Source: an uncultured bacterium (lineage in GTDB: Bacteria > Omnitrophota > Omnitrophia > Omnitrophales > Aquincolibacteriaceae). From it: a DNA stretch of 64,000 nucleotides. Positions 48,142 through 57,100 of the stretch are shown in pieces; within the stretch, counting starts at the first letter, position 1; every line of letters begins with the position of its first letter. Location: assembly GCA_964385615.1 (NCBI GenBank), contig CAYLPP010000001.1, forward strand, positions 118,687 through 182,686, read 5' to 3'. The notes under the pieces are model-generated. The model searched no databases. It was not told where the DNA came from and saw only the letters and a list, made by a program, of their open reading frames with translations. Both the position numbers and the translations under genes were made by a program.

Positions 48142-49404
48142 ATGAAGATCCAAGCCCCTTCAAAGACTTCTAAAAATATTTTAGGCCCCATTTTTCTGGC
48201 TCTTATCGCGCTCAGCGCCATTGGAGCCATTCTCATTACCGCGCTTTATTCTCAAACCTCATCGCTGACAACCCTTTTTGAAGTTCAAAGCTATGCCGGT
48301 AAAGTGGAAGTTTCCAAAGACGGGTCGGTCTGGGCCGCTCCCTCACCAGGTCAAGCCCTCGAACTTTACAGCTGGGTCAAAACCGGCCCCAACGGTGAAA
48401 TGGATATGCGTTTCGGAAAAGCGACTTTCGCCCGCGTTAAAGAAAATGCCCTATTCCAGATTCAAAACCCTCAGGTTTTCGCCAAAGCGGCTATCCGCGT
48501 TCACCTTGAAAAAGGAACCTTACTTGTACTGAACCGCGCGGATGAAATTGAAATTTCAACTCCTCGCGCGCTTGGAGGTAAAACCAATGAAGGGTTTTTC
48601 TATGACCTGACTTCCATCAAATTCGTGACTTCTTCTCAAAACGCGACTTACCTGGTTTCCTCGAATCCCGAAAAATCCGATTATGAAGTCAGTGTTCTGC
48701 GCGGAGAAGTCACGGTAAGACCCGGTATTCCCTACAAGACCATCAATCTTGGGGCCCTTGAGAGCATCGCTGGGGGCGGGCTGGACAAGAAAGCGATTTC
48801 AGAAGCCGCGTGGAAACGCGGCCGTGAGGCTTATGAATTAAATCCCAAAAGCGCGGCCAATGAAGCGGCGCAGATTGACCTGGCTAAAAAGTCCGGCAAT
48901 TTTTTTGAATATGTTTTTGATCACGGCACCTTCTACCAGGAAAAGTGGGGCTGGTGCACCCGTGAATTTATCGTGCCTGACGCAGTCAATGAACCGGTTT
49001 ATCTCGAAGCCGGCTATGACGTTTTCCCCAAAGGTTCCTGGGTCGGCATTTATTTTAAGACCCGAAACCTCAACATGGCCAAGTTCAAGGCGCTGAAGAT
49101 TGACGCCCGCCGGGTTTCGGAGAAAGCCTATCCTGAATACATCCGCATTGAGCTGAAATCGCGTTATCAGGTTGTCCGGTCTTTTGCGATCAAAATGCTT
49201 CGTGACGATTGGCAAACCGTTGAATTTCCCTTTTCTTTTAATAAAGAAACCCCCATCACTGAAGTCACAATGCTTTTTTCCAATGATAAGGTCGGAGATA
49301 ACAAATCCGGCGCGGCTGCTTTTAAAAACTTTGTCTTAGTTCCTTCAGAGAACGGCACTCTGCCGACTCCTCCGGCGGCGCAAGCCCCGGCTCCAGCAGT
49401 TTAA
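48142..49404 (+). CDS. Secreted hypothetical protein, possibly FecR-like fold at the N-terminus, Pro/Ala-rich C-terminal tail
   Basis: Signal/TM anchor ILGPIFLALIALSAIGAILITAL. The segment GKVEVSKDGSVWAAPSPGQALELYSWVKTG...TLLVLN resembles the FecR domain pattern. Low confidence. Confidence 0.45.
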   Translation: MKIQAPSKTSKNILGPIFLALIALSAIGAILITALYSQTSSLTTLFEVQSYAGKVEVSKDGSVWAAPSPGQALELYSWVKTGPNGEMDMRFGKATFARVKENALFQIQNPQVFAKAAIRVHLEKGTLLVLNRADEIEISTPRALGGKTNEGFFYDLTSIKFVTSSQNATYLVSSNPEKSDYEVSVLRGEVTVRPGIPYKTINLGALESIAGGGLDKKAISEAAWKRGREAYELNPKSAANEAAQIDLAKKSGNFFEYVFDHGTFYQEKWGWCTREFIVPDAVNEPVYLEAGYDVFPKGSWVGIYFKTRNLNMAKFKALKIDARRVSEKAYPEYIRIELKSRYQVVRSFAIKMLRDDWQTVEFPFSFNKETPITEVTMLFSNDKVGDNKSGAAAFKNFVLVPSENGTLPTPPAAQAPAPAV

Positions 49405-49407
49405 TCT

Positions 49408-50985
49408 CTAGACTTTTAAGGCAGGAAATTTCTCAGCAAAAGCCTTTTTGATTTCGGGCTTGTTGCCGAACACTTCGGTAAGGGCTTCAGGATTTTTACC
49501 GCTCAGCTTCCGGTACACGTCAAGCGCGTCGGCGGAATCCCCTTTCAGCCAGTAGGACCAGGCTAAGTGCCTGAGAGCTTTCGGATCGTCGGGATGAATC
49601 GCGAGCGCCTTTTCGGCAAAACGGATGCGGTTATCGTAACGGCTTCCAAAGTAGCTGACCATTTTCAAATCCGCGGAAAACAAAAGCTCATCATCCACCC
49701 CAAGTTCTTTGGCAATCACATCAAAAGAACGTTCCTGGTCAAAATGCCATTCGGAAAGCGGAGCGATCCAGTTTTTTTCAGCAATCGTTTGCGCGAGCGC
49801 GCGGCCCAGAAGCGCGTGACCTTTAATCGATAAATGAACGTTATCTTCAATTACAGGTTCTCCCAAAATTCCGCCGGGCGCTTCGGAAATAACGGCTTTT
49901 TCCGTGTCCACGACGGTAATGCCCTTCTCTCTCATTTGATCAAATAATTCCAGAGAATCCGCGGTGGCGCGAACCTTGATCCCGTCAAAATCACGGGCTT
50001 CTTCAAATAATTTTTTCGCCTTCTCGAGTTCACCTTGACGAAAATAGAGAGTCGCCAGCTGGAAATTTAAATCCGCGTAAGTTGTATCAATCGCGTACGC
50101 CCGCTCAAAAAAAGTCACGGCATCAGAGACAAGCCCTGAAGCCTGCGCCTTTTTCCCCTGCTCATAAGCTTCAGAAAAACGGGTTTCATCTTCAGGTGAT
50201 AAAGGTTTCAGATGGAGCGAAACGAAAGGTGAGAAATCCTTGAGGTTCCCGGCAGGCTTGCAGAAAATAAGCGCGATCCCCCTGGAAGAAACCAGTTCCG
50301 TGATTTTCTCGAGATTCTGTTTAAAAAACTCAATGTTTTCCCGGTAAGCTTCCGAATTATTGGGAAAAATATTTTCAGGCCCAAATCCCCAGGGATCGCT
50401 TTCGATGACCTTATATTCGATGCTGTCTTCTTCCTCCGCGTCTTTCTTCGATTTTATCCGCTGAGCAATCGCGAACCGGTAAATCAACGAAAAGAACCGG
50501 CTTTCCTGAAGCTGGCGGCGCCAGAACGCGGAGGATTTATTCTCTTTAGCCAGAACCTCTTTTTTCCGGTCCCCGGGAAGAAAAGTATTGTGACCCATAT
50601 AAAAAATCGTCAGGTCAGGCTTGTAGTCAAGCGTCGCTCGGACCGCTTCGGAGGTCCGGAAACTCCCCTGCCCCATGCGCCCAAAATTCACGACTTTGAT
50701 ATTTTTTCCGGGAAGAAAATCGTGCAGATAAACTTCAAGCCACCTCGCAGGATTGGAAAATGGCCAATAATGAGACCCGTGAATGGAGGATTCCCCGTAA
50801 AGAAAAACCCGGAATTCTCCCGCAGGTTTGGACGCGCTCAAATGATTGCGGATGATAACAGCTTCGGTGAAACGTGACGCCCCGCGGGGCATTCCAAGAA
50901 TTCTACAGCCGGCTTCGAGAACCAGAAGAAGAACAACTGTGGCTAAAAGTGCCTGAAGAACGGAAACCGTGATTTTTTTAATCAT
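49408..50985 (-). CDS. Membrane-anchored SGNH-like hydrolase domain fused to C-terminal TPR repeats
   Basis: N-terminal TM. Block I FLYGESSIHG, block II NFGRMGQGS, block III MGHNTF and block V EDNVHLSIKGH. TPR-like helices in the C-terminal 200 aa. It is a paralog-like partner of the gene at 43621-44820. Confidence 0.55.
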   Translation of the reverse strand: MIKKITVSVLQALLATVVLLLVLEAGCRILGMPRGASRFTEAVIIRNHLSASKPAGEFRVFLYGESSIHGSHYWPFSNPARWLEVYLHDFLPGKNIKVVNFGRMGQGSFRTSEAVRATLDYKPDLTIFYMGHNTFLPGDRKKEVLAKENKSSAFWRRQLQESRFFSLIYRFAIAQRIKSKKDAEEEDSIEYKVIESDPWGFGPENIFPNNSEAYRENIEFFKQNLEKITELVSSRGIALIFCKPAGNLKDFSPFVSLHLKPLSPEDETRFSEAYEQGKKAQASGLVSDAVTFFERAYAIDTTYADLNFQLATLYFRQGELEKAKKLFEEARDFDGIKVRATADSLELFDQMREKGITVVDTEKAVISEAPGGILGEPVIEDNVHLSIKGHALLGRALAQTIAEKNWIAPLSEWHFDQERSFDVIAKELGVDDELLFSADLKMVSYFGSRYDNRIRFAEKALAIHPDDPKALRHLAWSYWLKGDSADALDVYRKLSGKNPEALTEVFGNKPEIKKAFAEKFPALKV

Positions 50986-51012
50986 TGGGGCAATATATCC
51001 GGTTTGTAAGTT

Positions 51013-51840
51013 TTAGACAAGGCTGGAAACCAGGCTGATGTCGCGAGGGCGGATATGCGCCCAGCGGTCTTCCTGCCGGGTGCGGGGGAAAATCTGAGTA
51101 ACCGGCAGCCCGTGGCTTTGGGCGAGTTCACGGGCCAGATCAAAACGGCTTTGAACCTGAGAGCCCGCTATATGAAAAATACCGGTTTCCTCACCCAAGC
51201 ATAGGCGCAGGACTTCCGAAGCGAAATCTTCGGCCCGAATCGGGCTTCGCCACTCATCCGTGAAATAATGAGTGGGCTTGCCGGCTTTAATCCGGTGAAA
51301 AAGAAAATCGCGCGGGCCCTTATTGCCCTGCAGGCTTTGACCAATCACAAGCCCCGGGCGGATGATCATCCATGAAAGACCCGAGCTTTTCACAAGCTCT
51401 TCAGCCTCCAGCTTGGTGCGCCCATAAACATGCTTGGGCGAGGGCTCATCAGCTTCACTGTAACTCCCCCGGTCACCGCTAAAAATATGATCGGTGGAAA
51501 TATAAACAAATTTCCGAAGGCTGGAAGACTTCTTCGCGGTTTCCAGAAGCACCCGCGTGCCCTCCACGTTGATCCGGCGGGCCATTTCCGGCATTTCCTC
51601 GCACAAATCCAAATCACACATAGCCCAGGCGTGAACTAAAACCTCAGGTTGTTTTTCTTCCAGTAAGCGGGAAATCTCTTCGGGCCGGTCAGGATTGATT
51701 TGAAAAAAATCCCCGTCTTTAAATTCGGAATGGAATTTTCGGAAGGTGCCCGTCACCCGGTGGGCCTGGCTGAATTTTTTATACAGATTCCAGCCGATCA
51801 GGCCGTTGAGGCCGGTCAAAAGCAAGCGGGGTTTCGTCAT
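51013..51840 (-). CDS. rmlD: dTDP-4-dehydrorhamnose reductase
   Basis: LLLTGLNGLIGWNL, YGRTK and the overall RmlD length. Confidence 0.85.
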   Translation of the reverse strand: MTKPRLLLTGLNGLIGWNLYKKFSQAHRVTGTFRKFHSEFKDGDFFQINPDRPEEISRLLEEKQPEVLVHAWAMCDLDLCEEMPEMARRINVEGTRVLLETAKKSSSLRKFVYISTDHIFSGDRGSYSEADEPSPKHVYGRTKLEAEELVKSSGLSWMIIRPGLVIGQSLQGNKGPRDFLFHRIKAGKPTHYFTDEWRSPIRAEDFASEVLRLCLGEETGIFHIAGSQVQSRFDLARELAQSHGLPVTQIFPRTRQEDRWAHIRPRDISLVSSLV

Positions 51841-51925
51841 GCGGTGCAGTATAACGGAAACCGGGGTTTAAAACGCTGATATTTTCTTTTTGAACTCTGT
51901 TCGCCCGCCGTTATAATGTCTGGCC

Positions 51926-52318
51926 ATGAGCGAACCTGAAATACAGCTTCTTCAATTTTTAATCTGCAAGGACTTCGTCCCGGGACAAAATGACTGCTAC
52001 CAGGCCGACCTGGTTCACAGCAATATTTATGTTCCGAAATTCCCTTATTCTTTTCAGAAGACTTTCGCGGTGACCTGCTGGAGGAAGGACAAGAAATTTC
52101 ACAAAGAGGTCATTGAGTACTCGACCGACTACGGGGCGTCAACCAAAAGCCCTCACATGGACATCGAACCTGTGACCAACAGCGTCTTTTTCCGCTGGCA
52201 CAAGCATCAGTTTCCGACCGACTTTATCATTGAGAAGCCCACGCTCCTGACGGTGCGTGTCGTGCTGGACTGGAAAGTTAAATTCGAGTCCTACATCATG
52301 ATCGAACAGCTTCCCTGA
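51926..52318 (+). CDS. Hypothetical protein, 130 aa
   Basis: Clean ORF, no recognised motif. Convergent with the Xis-type HTH gene, stop to stop 2 nt apart. Confidence 0.45.
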   Translation: MSEPEIQLLQFLICKDFVPGQNDCYQADLVHSNIYVPKFPYSFQKTFAVTCWRKDKKFHKEVIEYSTDYGASTKSPHMDIEPVTNSVFFRWHKHQFPTDFIIEKPTLLTVRVVLDWKVKFESYIMIEQLP

Positions 52319-52320
52319 AG

Positions 52321-52515
52321 TTAGCCCGCCAGAACTTCCGGATTTTTAATCAATTTCAAAATAACGTCTTTTTCAAAACGCCATTGCCGGCCGATTTTGG
52401 CGCCGGGAATCACCCCTTGATTAGCGAGTCTCAGCACCGTCATCTCTGAAAGGCGGAGGTAACCGGCAATATCCTTGACGGTTAAAATTGAACAATTCGG
52501 ATCCTGGGCATTCAT
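52321..52515 (-). CDS. Excisionase-family (Xis/AlpA/MerR-like) HTH DNA-binding protein
   Basis: 64 aa with ILTVKDIAGYLRLSEMTVLRLANQGVIPGAKIGRQWRFEKDVI. Confidence 0.7.
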   Translation of the reverse strand: MNAQDPNCSILTVKDIAGYLRLSEMTVLRLANQGVIPGAKIGRQWRFEKDVILKLIKNPEVLAG

Positions 52516-52528
52516 AAAACCTCCGTTT

Positions 52529-53224
52529 TCAGGCGCTTTGAATAAACGCCGGAAGTGAAAAAATCAGCAGATTCGTTTCCTTGAACTGATGCGGATTATA
52601 AAATTCATACATCTTCGTTCCGTCCAGGGTGAACGATTCGTGCTGACGAAGCCTGCATTCCCGGCCTGAAACCGTCACCAGCAAATCTCCCTCCAGGACT
52701 AAATAGTAAATAAAATCCGCTTTGGGAGTTTCGGGAGCCGGCAATGTTTTTTGCGGATCAATCTGAAGGGTTCCGATAAAGCAGGTTCCCGGTTTTTCTA
52801 AAACCGAACCGAAGCGGTAGCCCTTCCCCGAATCCACTTTAAAATGGGGCATATTCAGCTGGGTGCGGTCCGTTAAAGAATCCTGATTCGCCCCGCTGAA
52901 ACGCGCGAGCATTTCATAAATCCTCATTCCAAACGCGCCTGAAATCATTTCAAGATCGCTGAGCGACAATTCCCCCCAAGGCTTCTGTTCTAATCTGACC
53001 AGCCTCGTCCTTTCCATCCCGATCTTTTCGGCGAGCTGTTTCTGGCTCAACCCTTTCTGGGACCGGAGAATTTTGATCGGTGAAAGCCGGCCTAACTGCT
53101 GGGCAAGCGGATCTGCTCCCTGCGAGTTTCCTGCTTTAGCGGTGCCAGTGGACATTGTGATGATCTCCTTTAGAATCGTTTTTTGAAGCATCACAAGAAT
53201 AATCCCGGAACCTGAGACCGACAA
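52529..53224 (-). CDS. XRE-family HTH transcriptional regulator with C-terminal cupin domain (true start may be Met24, about 53155)
   Basis: LRSQKGLSQKQLAEKIGMERTRLVRLEQ HTH, and a cupin-like beta-rich C-terminus. Confidence 0.75.
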   Translation of the reverse strand: MSVSGSGIILVMLQKTILKEIITMSTGTAKAGNSQGADPLAQQLGRLSPIKILRSQKGLSQKQLAEKIGMERTRLVRLEQKPWGELSLSDLEMISGAFGMRIYEMLARFSGANQDSLTDRTQLNMPHFKVDSGKGYRFGSVLEKPGTCFIGTLQIDPQKTLPAPETPKADFIYYLVLEGDLLVTVSGRECRLRQHESFTLDGTKMYEFYNPHQFKETNLLIFSLPAFIQSA

Positions 53225-53342
53225 TTGAAAACCTTCTCCGAACAGCCTGAATAATTCTAATAAGAGATTAAAAACTATTACTATTAGACTATTATTCGTA
53301 AATTTATAACATTAAACGACTTAAGAGATAGATTAAACCAGG
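53225..53342. promoter_or_regulatory. AT-rich (~30% GC) upstream region of the XRE-cupin gene with a triple CTATTA motif (actattactattagactatta)
   Basis: Marked local GC drop relative to the flanks. Short direct repeats. Confidence 0.35.
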
Positions 53343-55082
53343 TCAAGCGGTCTTTAAAGTGAGGCTTTCGGAAGACTTTAAGGCAGAATCAAAAAAGCGG
53401 ACGTCTTCTTCGCCCGTAAAGCGGACATCTTTTAAAACGGAAAGGATTTTCTCGGTACGCGCTGAAAAATTTTCGAGTGAAAATTTACGGCTCCGGGCAA
53501 GCTGAGCCCCATTGTCTTCAAAATTGAGGCCGGCCGCGGCCGCACGGACCTCCGTTTTTTCGAGGCCCGGCACAGCCCGAACCGTCGTCTTGATCCGGTA
53601 AATAATCGCTCCAAGGTCCTCAGGCCTGACCCCGATGAAAAGCACGCCGATCTTATTTGATTCGAGAATGCAAACGGCGTCCGCGAGGCGGAAAAGACTG
53701 CTGAAAACTTTTTTGATTTTTTTCTCATCGGCTTTTTTGAAATGAATTACTGTCAGCATTTCAGCCCACTCCGGATCGCGCGAACGCCGGTAAAGACTCT
53801 CCACACAGCGCCGGAAAAAGAATTCGGGCGGATAAAACGTTTCATCCTGCCCCATTTCCTCACCGCCATCAGTGCTGTTGAGCGCGAGGGACTCCTGCTC
53901 AAAATATACCAGGTACTGTTTAATGATCGCGGTTTCATCCGAAGCGGTTTCAGTCACGAAATCAGCCGGAGTTCCCATGACGACCTGATTCCGCCCATGG
54001 GCCTTGGCCTCATAAAGCGCCTTATCAGCTTCTTTAATAATCCGCATCATGCTTTTGACTAGAAACAATTTCTGATCCTGCTGACTGGCAAAATGCGCCT
54101 GGCGGACCTCCTGAGGAACAGGGGGCGCGATTCCCGAAACCCCGATACTTACAGTCAGGCGGATTTCACTTTTCTCAAGCTGAAGAGGAGAATTTTCAAT
54201 GCTCTTGCGGATACGGTCACAGACCATCGCGGTTTCAGAAAGCGGAGTCGCGGGAAAAAGAATCACGAATTCTTCTCCGCCGAAACGGCAGGCCACGTCG
54301 TAAATCCGGGTGCTTTTTCGGATAATCTCTCCGATATGCCGGATACACCTGTCCCCGGCCGCGTGCCCGTAGCGGTCGTTAATCGATTTAAAATTATCAA
54401 TATCCACCATGGCGACGCTTAAAAAGAGGTCTTCTTTTTTTCGGAACTGCAGAGAAAGCTCCTGAATGAACCGGTTGAAAAAATACCTCCGTAATTTTAG
54501 TCCGCTCAGCGGGTCCGTAGTCGCCAGCATGAAAAGATCATTTCTCTGCCTGAAAGTACGCCCCCGTAAACGGTCAAGACTGACGGATGTCGCGATAAAA
54601 ACCACGACGATTCCGATCGACTGAAAAATGACGGAGTTCCGGGAAGCCGGGCTCAAAGACCCCATGAACAAATAAAGATACAAAGGCGCGTAAGCGCATA
54701 AAGCCGTAACCGTGTTTTTGGCGGGCGGAAGCGGAAATAAAACCATCATAATCCCGCCCATGAGCCCGACAGAAATCAGATAACTTTCAGCTTTCACCGA
54801 GCCATGAGCCATCAGAATCAACTGCAGAGAAAAGAACAAAGCCAGCGACCAAACGCAGATAAGGTGCCAGGAACCTTTCCATTCTTTTTTGAAGGCTGTA
54901 TAAAAAAGCAGGGCCAACGGAAGAAGCATCGCCCGGAAACCCAGGAAAGCGAAACCCTTTGCGGGAGCGGCCGCCCAGTCATAAATATTGCAGATCAGAT
55001 AAAACGGAATAACGATAGGAAGGGCTATTTTAACGAAATTAGAGCGGACCTGCGTTTTGACTTCGTCTTCATAACGAATCAT
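53343..55082 (-). CDS. Membrane diguanylate cyclase (multi-TM N-terminus, GGDEF with GGEEF active site, plus a degenerate C-terminal GGDEF-like region)
   Basis: DRYGHAAGDRCIRHIGEII...RFGGEEFVILF, six predicted TM helices, and an approximately 200-aa C-terminal extension. Confidence 0.85.
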   Translation of the reverse strand: MIRYEDEVKTQVRSNFVKIALPIVIPFYLICNIYDWAAAPAKGFAFLGFRAMLLPLALLFYTAFKKEWKGSWHLICVWSLALFFSLQLILMAHGSVKAESYLISVGLMGGIMMVLFPLPPAKNTVTALCAYAPLYLYLFMGSLSPASRNSVIFQSIGIVVVFIATSVSLDRLRGRTFRQRNDLFMLATTDPLSGLKLRRYFFNRFIQELSLQFRKKEDLFLSVAMVDIDNFKSINDRYGHAAGDRCIRHIGEIIRKSTRIYDVACRFGGEEFVILFPATPLSETAMVCDRIRKSIENSPLQLEKSEIRLTVSIGVSGIAPPVPQEVRQAHFASQQDQKLFLVKSMMRIIKEADKALYEAKAHGRNQVVMGTPADFVTETASDETAIIKQYLVYFEQESLALNSTDGGEEMGQDETFYPPEFFFRRCVESLYRRSRDPEWAEMLTVIHFKKADEKKIKKVFSSLFRLADAVCILESNKIGVLFIGVRPEDLGAIIYRIKTTVRAVPGLEKTEVRAAAAGLNFEDNGAQLARSRKFSLENFSARTEKILSVLKDVRFTGEEDVRFFDSALKSSESLTLKTA

Positions 55083-55170
55083 AGATGGTTTATCGGCCGT
55101 TTAAGAACCTTATTAAGTAAGTTTAACATACGGCCATTAACCCTATCCCCCTTCTTGCCGAAATATACCC

Positions 55171-55713
55171 ATGCCCCGAATACAGCCTAGAACCCTTTTT
55201 TACAGCCTGCTCGCGTTCGGCCACACCCTTTTCACCATGGTTTTCCCTCTAGTTTCAGTGCCTCTCGCGGTCTGGTTGAACAAGCGCAAGCTCTTTGACT
55301 CCTTTATCGCGCTCTTCGCGGTGCCTTTTTTCAGCATTGTGGCTTATTACTCCTATAAACGATGGAAGCTGATCAAACCCAACCGGCGTTGGGTGCTGGT
55401 CACCGCGGCCGCGCTTTACGCCGCCGCTTATATCCCGCTTGAGTATCACCCGGAACGGCTCCACATCCTGAATTTTTCATTTATGGGCGTTATCATGTAT
55501 AAAACCTTTTCCCCTTTAATGAAACTTCGCTATGCCGTTGTGCTTTCATTAGCCTTTATTATTACCGTTGGCACGATTGATGAATTTCTTCAGCGCTGGG
55601 TCGTGGGCCGGTCCAGCACATTCCATGATGTCTCTCTCTGTATTGAAGGCGCTTTTCTGGGAGTCACGCTGGCGTGGATTTTTGATAAATACAGCCGGAA
55701 GGGCCGTTCATGA
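55171..55713 (+). CDS. VanZ-like membrane protein
   Basis: Four TM helices and IDEFLQRWVVGRSSTFHDVSLCIEGAFLG, matching the VanZ-family pattern. Confidence 0.55.
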   Translation: MPRIQPRTLFYSLLAFGHTLFTMVFPLVSVPLAVWLNKRKLFDSFIALFAVPFFSIVAYYSYKRWKLIKPNRRWVLVTAAALYAAAYIPLEYHPERLHILNFSFMGVIMYKTFSPLMKLRYAVVLSLAFIITVGTIDEFLQRWVVGRSSTFHDVSLCIEGAFLGVTLAWIFDKYSRKGRS

Positions 55714-56183
55714 ATGATCGAACGGGAATGAAAACCGCGGTGCTTGAAGCCCGAAAAAATCTCAAGACCCTGCACGGCGGACCTTTTGGAGCCTGCGTCA
55801 CTCGAAACGGAAAAATCGTCGCGATCGCCAGAAACACTGTCCTGAAAACCCAGGACCCGACCTGTCACGCCGAAATCAACGCCATCCGCCTGGCCAGCCG
55901 TAAGCTCGGCACTTTTGACCTTTCAAGCTGTGTCATTTACTCCACGACAGAGCCCTGCCCCATGTGCTTCAGCGCGATTCACTGGGCAAGGATCGGCAAG
56001 GTCGTTTACGGCACTACCACCAATGACGCCAAGCGGGCGGGCTTCAATGAGCTGAATATCGCGGACACGGTTTTGAAACGGCTGGGGAAAAGCAAGGTGA
56101 AGCTGGTACGAAGCAAACAGCTTGAGGAATGCCGGGAGCTTTTCAAAGCCTGGGCCAACCTGCCCCGCAAAAAATTCTACTGA
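55710..56183 (+). CDS. tadA: Cytidine/deoxycytidylate-deaminase-family nucleoside deaminase (TadA/guanine-deaminase-like)
   Basis: HAEINAIR...YSTTEPCPMCFSAIHWARI is the zinc-binding H(A)E...PCxxC motif. Confidence 0.75.
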   Translation: MNDRTGMKTAVLEARKNLKTLHGGPFGACVTRNGKIVAIARNTVLKTQDPTCHAEINAIRLASRKLGTFDLSSCVIYSTTEPCPMCFSAIHWARIGKVVYGTTTNDAKRAGFNELNIADTVLKRLGKSKVKLVRSKQLEECRELFKAWANLPRKKFY

Positions 56184-56195
56184 GCTGATTTTAAA

Positions 56196-56723
56196 CTAGA
56201 AAAAGAAGAAACTCTTTTTGTTGCGGTCACGCACGGCGTCGCAAGCCGGCGTGTTGATCCCCCGGCAGTTAATCTCATCAATCTTCGCCTGCTGACTGCG
56301 GGCAAAATCCTGTCTGCGCTGATTTTCATCTTTACGCGCCGCGGCCGCCTGATCCTGACTGATCTTGCCCGCCCGGATTCCCGCGATTAAATCATTCCGG
56401 CGTTTCTGCTCATCCGCGAAAAAATTAACCGCGTCCTGGCTGATCTTTTTAGTTTCATCCGTAAGCCCCGACCGGCTGTAGTAAACATTCTGATAACCCC
56501 GCGCGCTTTTCTGCCCCTCATAAACCACATCCGCGACAGGCGAGCCGTCGCTGGTTTTATAGAGCGGAGCGTTTTTTTCGGTAATTTCTCCGGGGTCGCC
56601 GGCCAAGCGGGAATAATTTTTAACGCTGACCGAGGGCTGAAAATCGGGGGCTTTTTCTTCGCGGGCTTGCGCGGGAGCGCAGAAAACAAGAAAACTTAAA
56701 AAGATAAGAGAAGCGAGGCGCAT
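56196..56723 (-). CDS. Secreted hypothetical protein, 175 aa, C-terminal FFFF
   Basis: Signal peptide MRLASLIFLSFLVFCAPAQA. Charged, Gln/Arg-rich. Confidence 0.5.
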   Translation of the reverse strand: MRLASLIFLSFLVFCAPAQAREEKAPDFQPSVSVKNYSRLAGDPGEITEKNAPLYKTSDGSPVADVVYEGQKSARGYQNVYYSRSGLTDETKKISQDAVNFFADEQKRRNDLIAGIRAGKISQDQAAAARKDENQRRQDFARSQQAKIDEINCRGINTPACDAVRDRNKKSFFFF

Positions 56724-56743
56724 GGCCGGGTATTTTACACCCT

Positions 56744-57100
56744 TCAGCCGATCAGGCGCTGGATTTCTTCGTAGAGTTTTTCGAGGTTAAAAGGCTTTTG
56801 AAGGAAAGCGTCGCGCCCAATGCGCTCAGCTTCATCAATCACGTTTTGGTCCACGTAGCCGGTATTCACAATGATCTTGGTGGCCGGTGAGGTCGCCTTG
56901 CAGGCCTTAACCACGTTGAGACCCGACATATCCGGCAGTTTCATGTCGATTAAAATGACATCCGGCATGACCTTAGCAACCATGTCGATGCCGTCTTTGC
57001 CGGTGTCAGCAGTGTGGACCTCGAAACCTTCCTCTTCAAAAAACGATTTCACTTCTTCCACGATTCCGCTCTCGTCGTCAACGATCAGCAGTTTTTTCAT
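56744..57100 (-). CDS. Single-domain CheY-like response regulator
   Basis: LLIVDDESGIV..., VILIDMKLPDMSG, IIVNTGY and LQKPF. Confidence 0.85.
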   Translation of the reverse strand: MKKLLIVDDESGIVEEVKSFFEEEGFEVHTADTGKDGIDMVAKVMPDVILIDMKLPDMSGLNVVKACKATSPATKIIVNTGYVDQNVIDEAERIGRDAFLQKPFNLEKLYEEIQRLIG

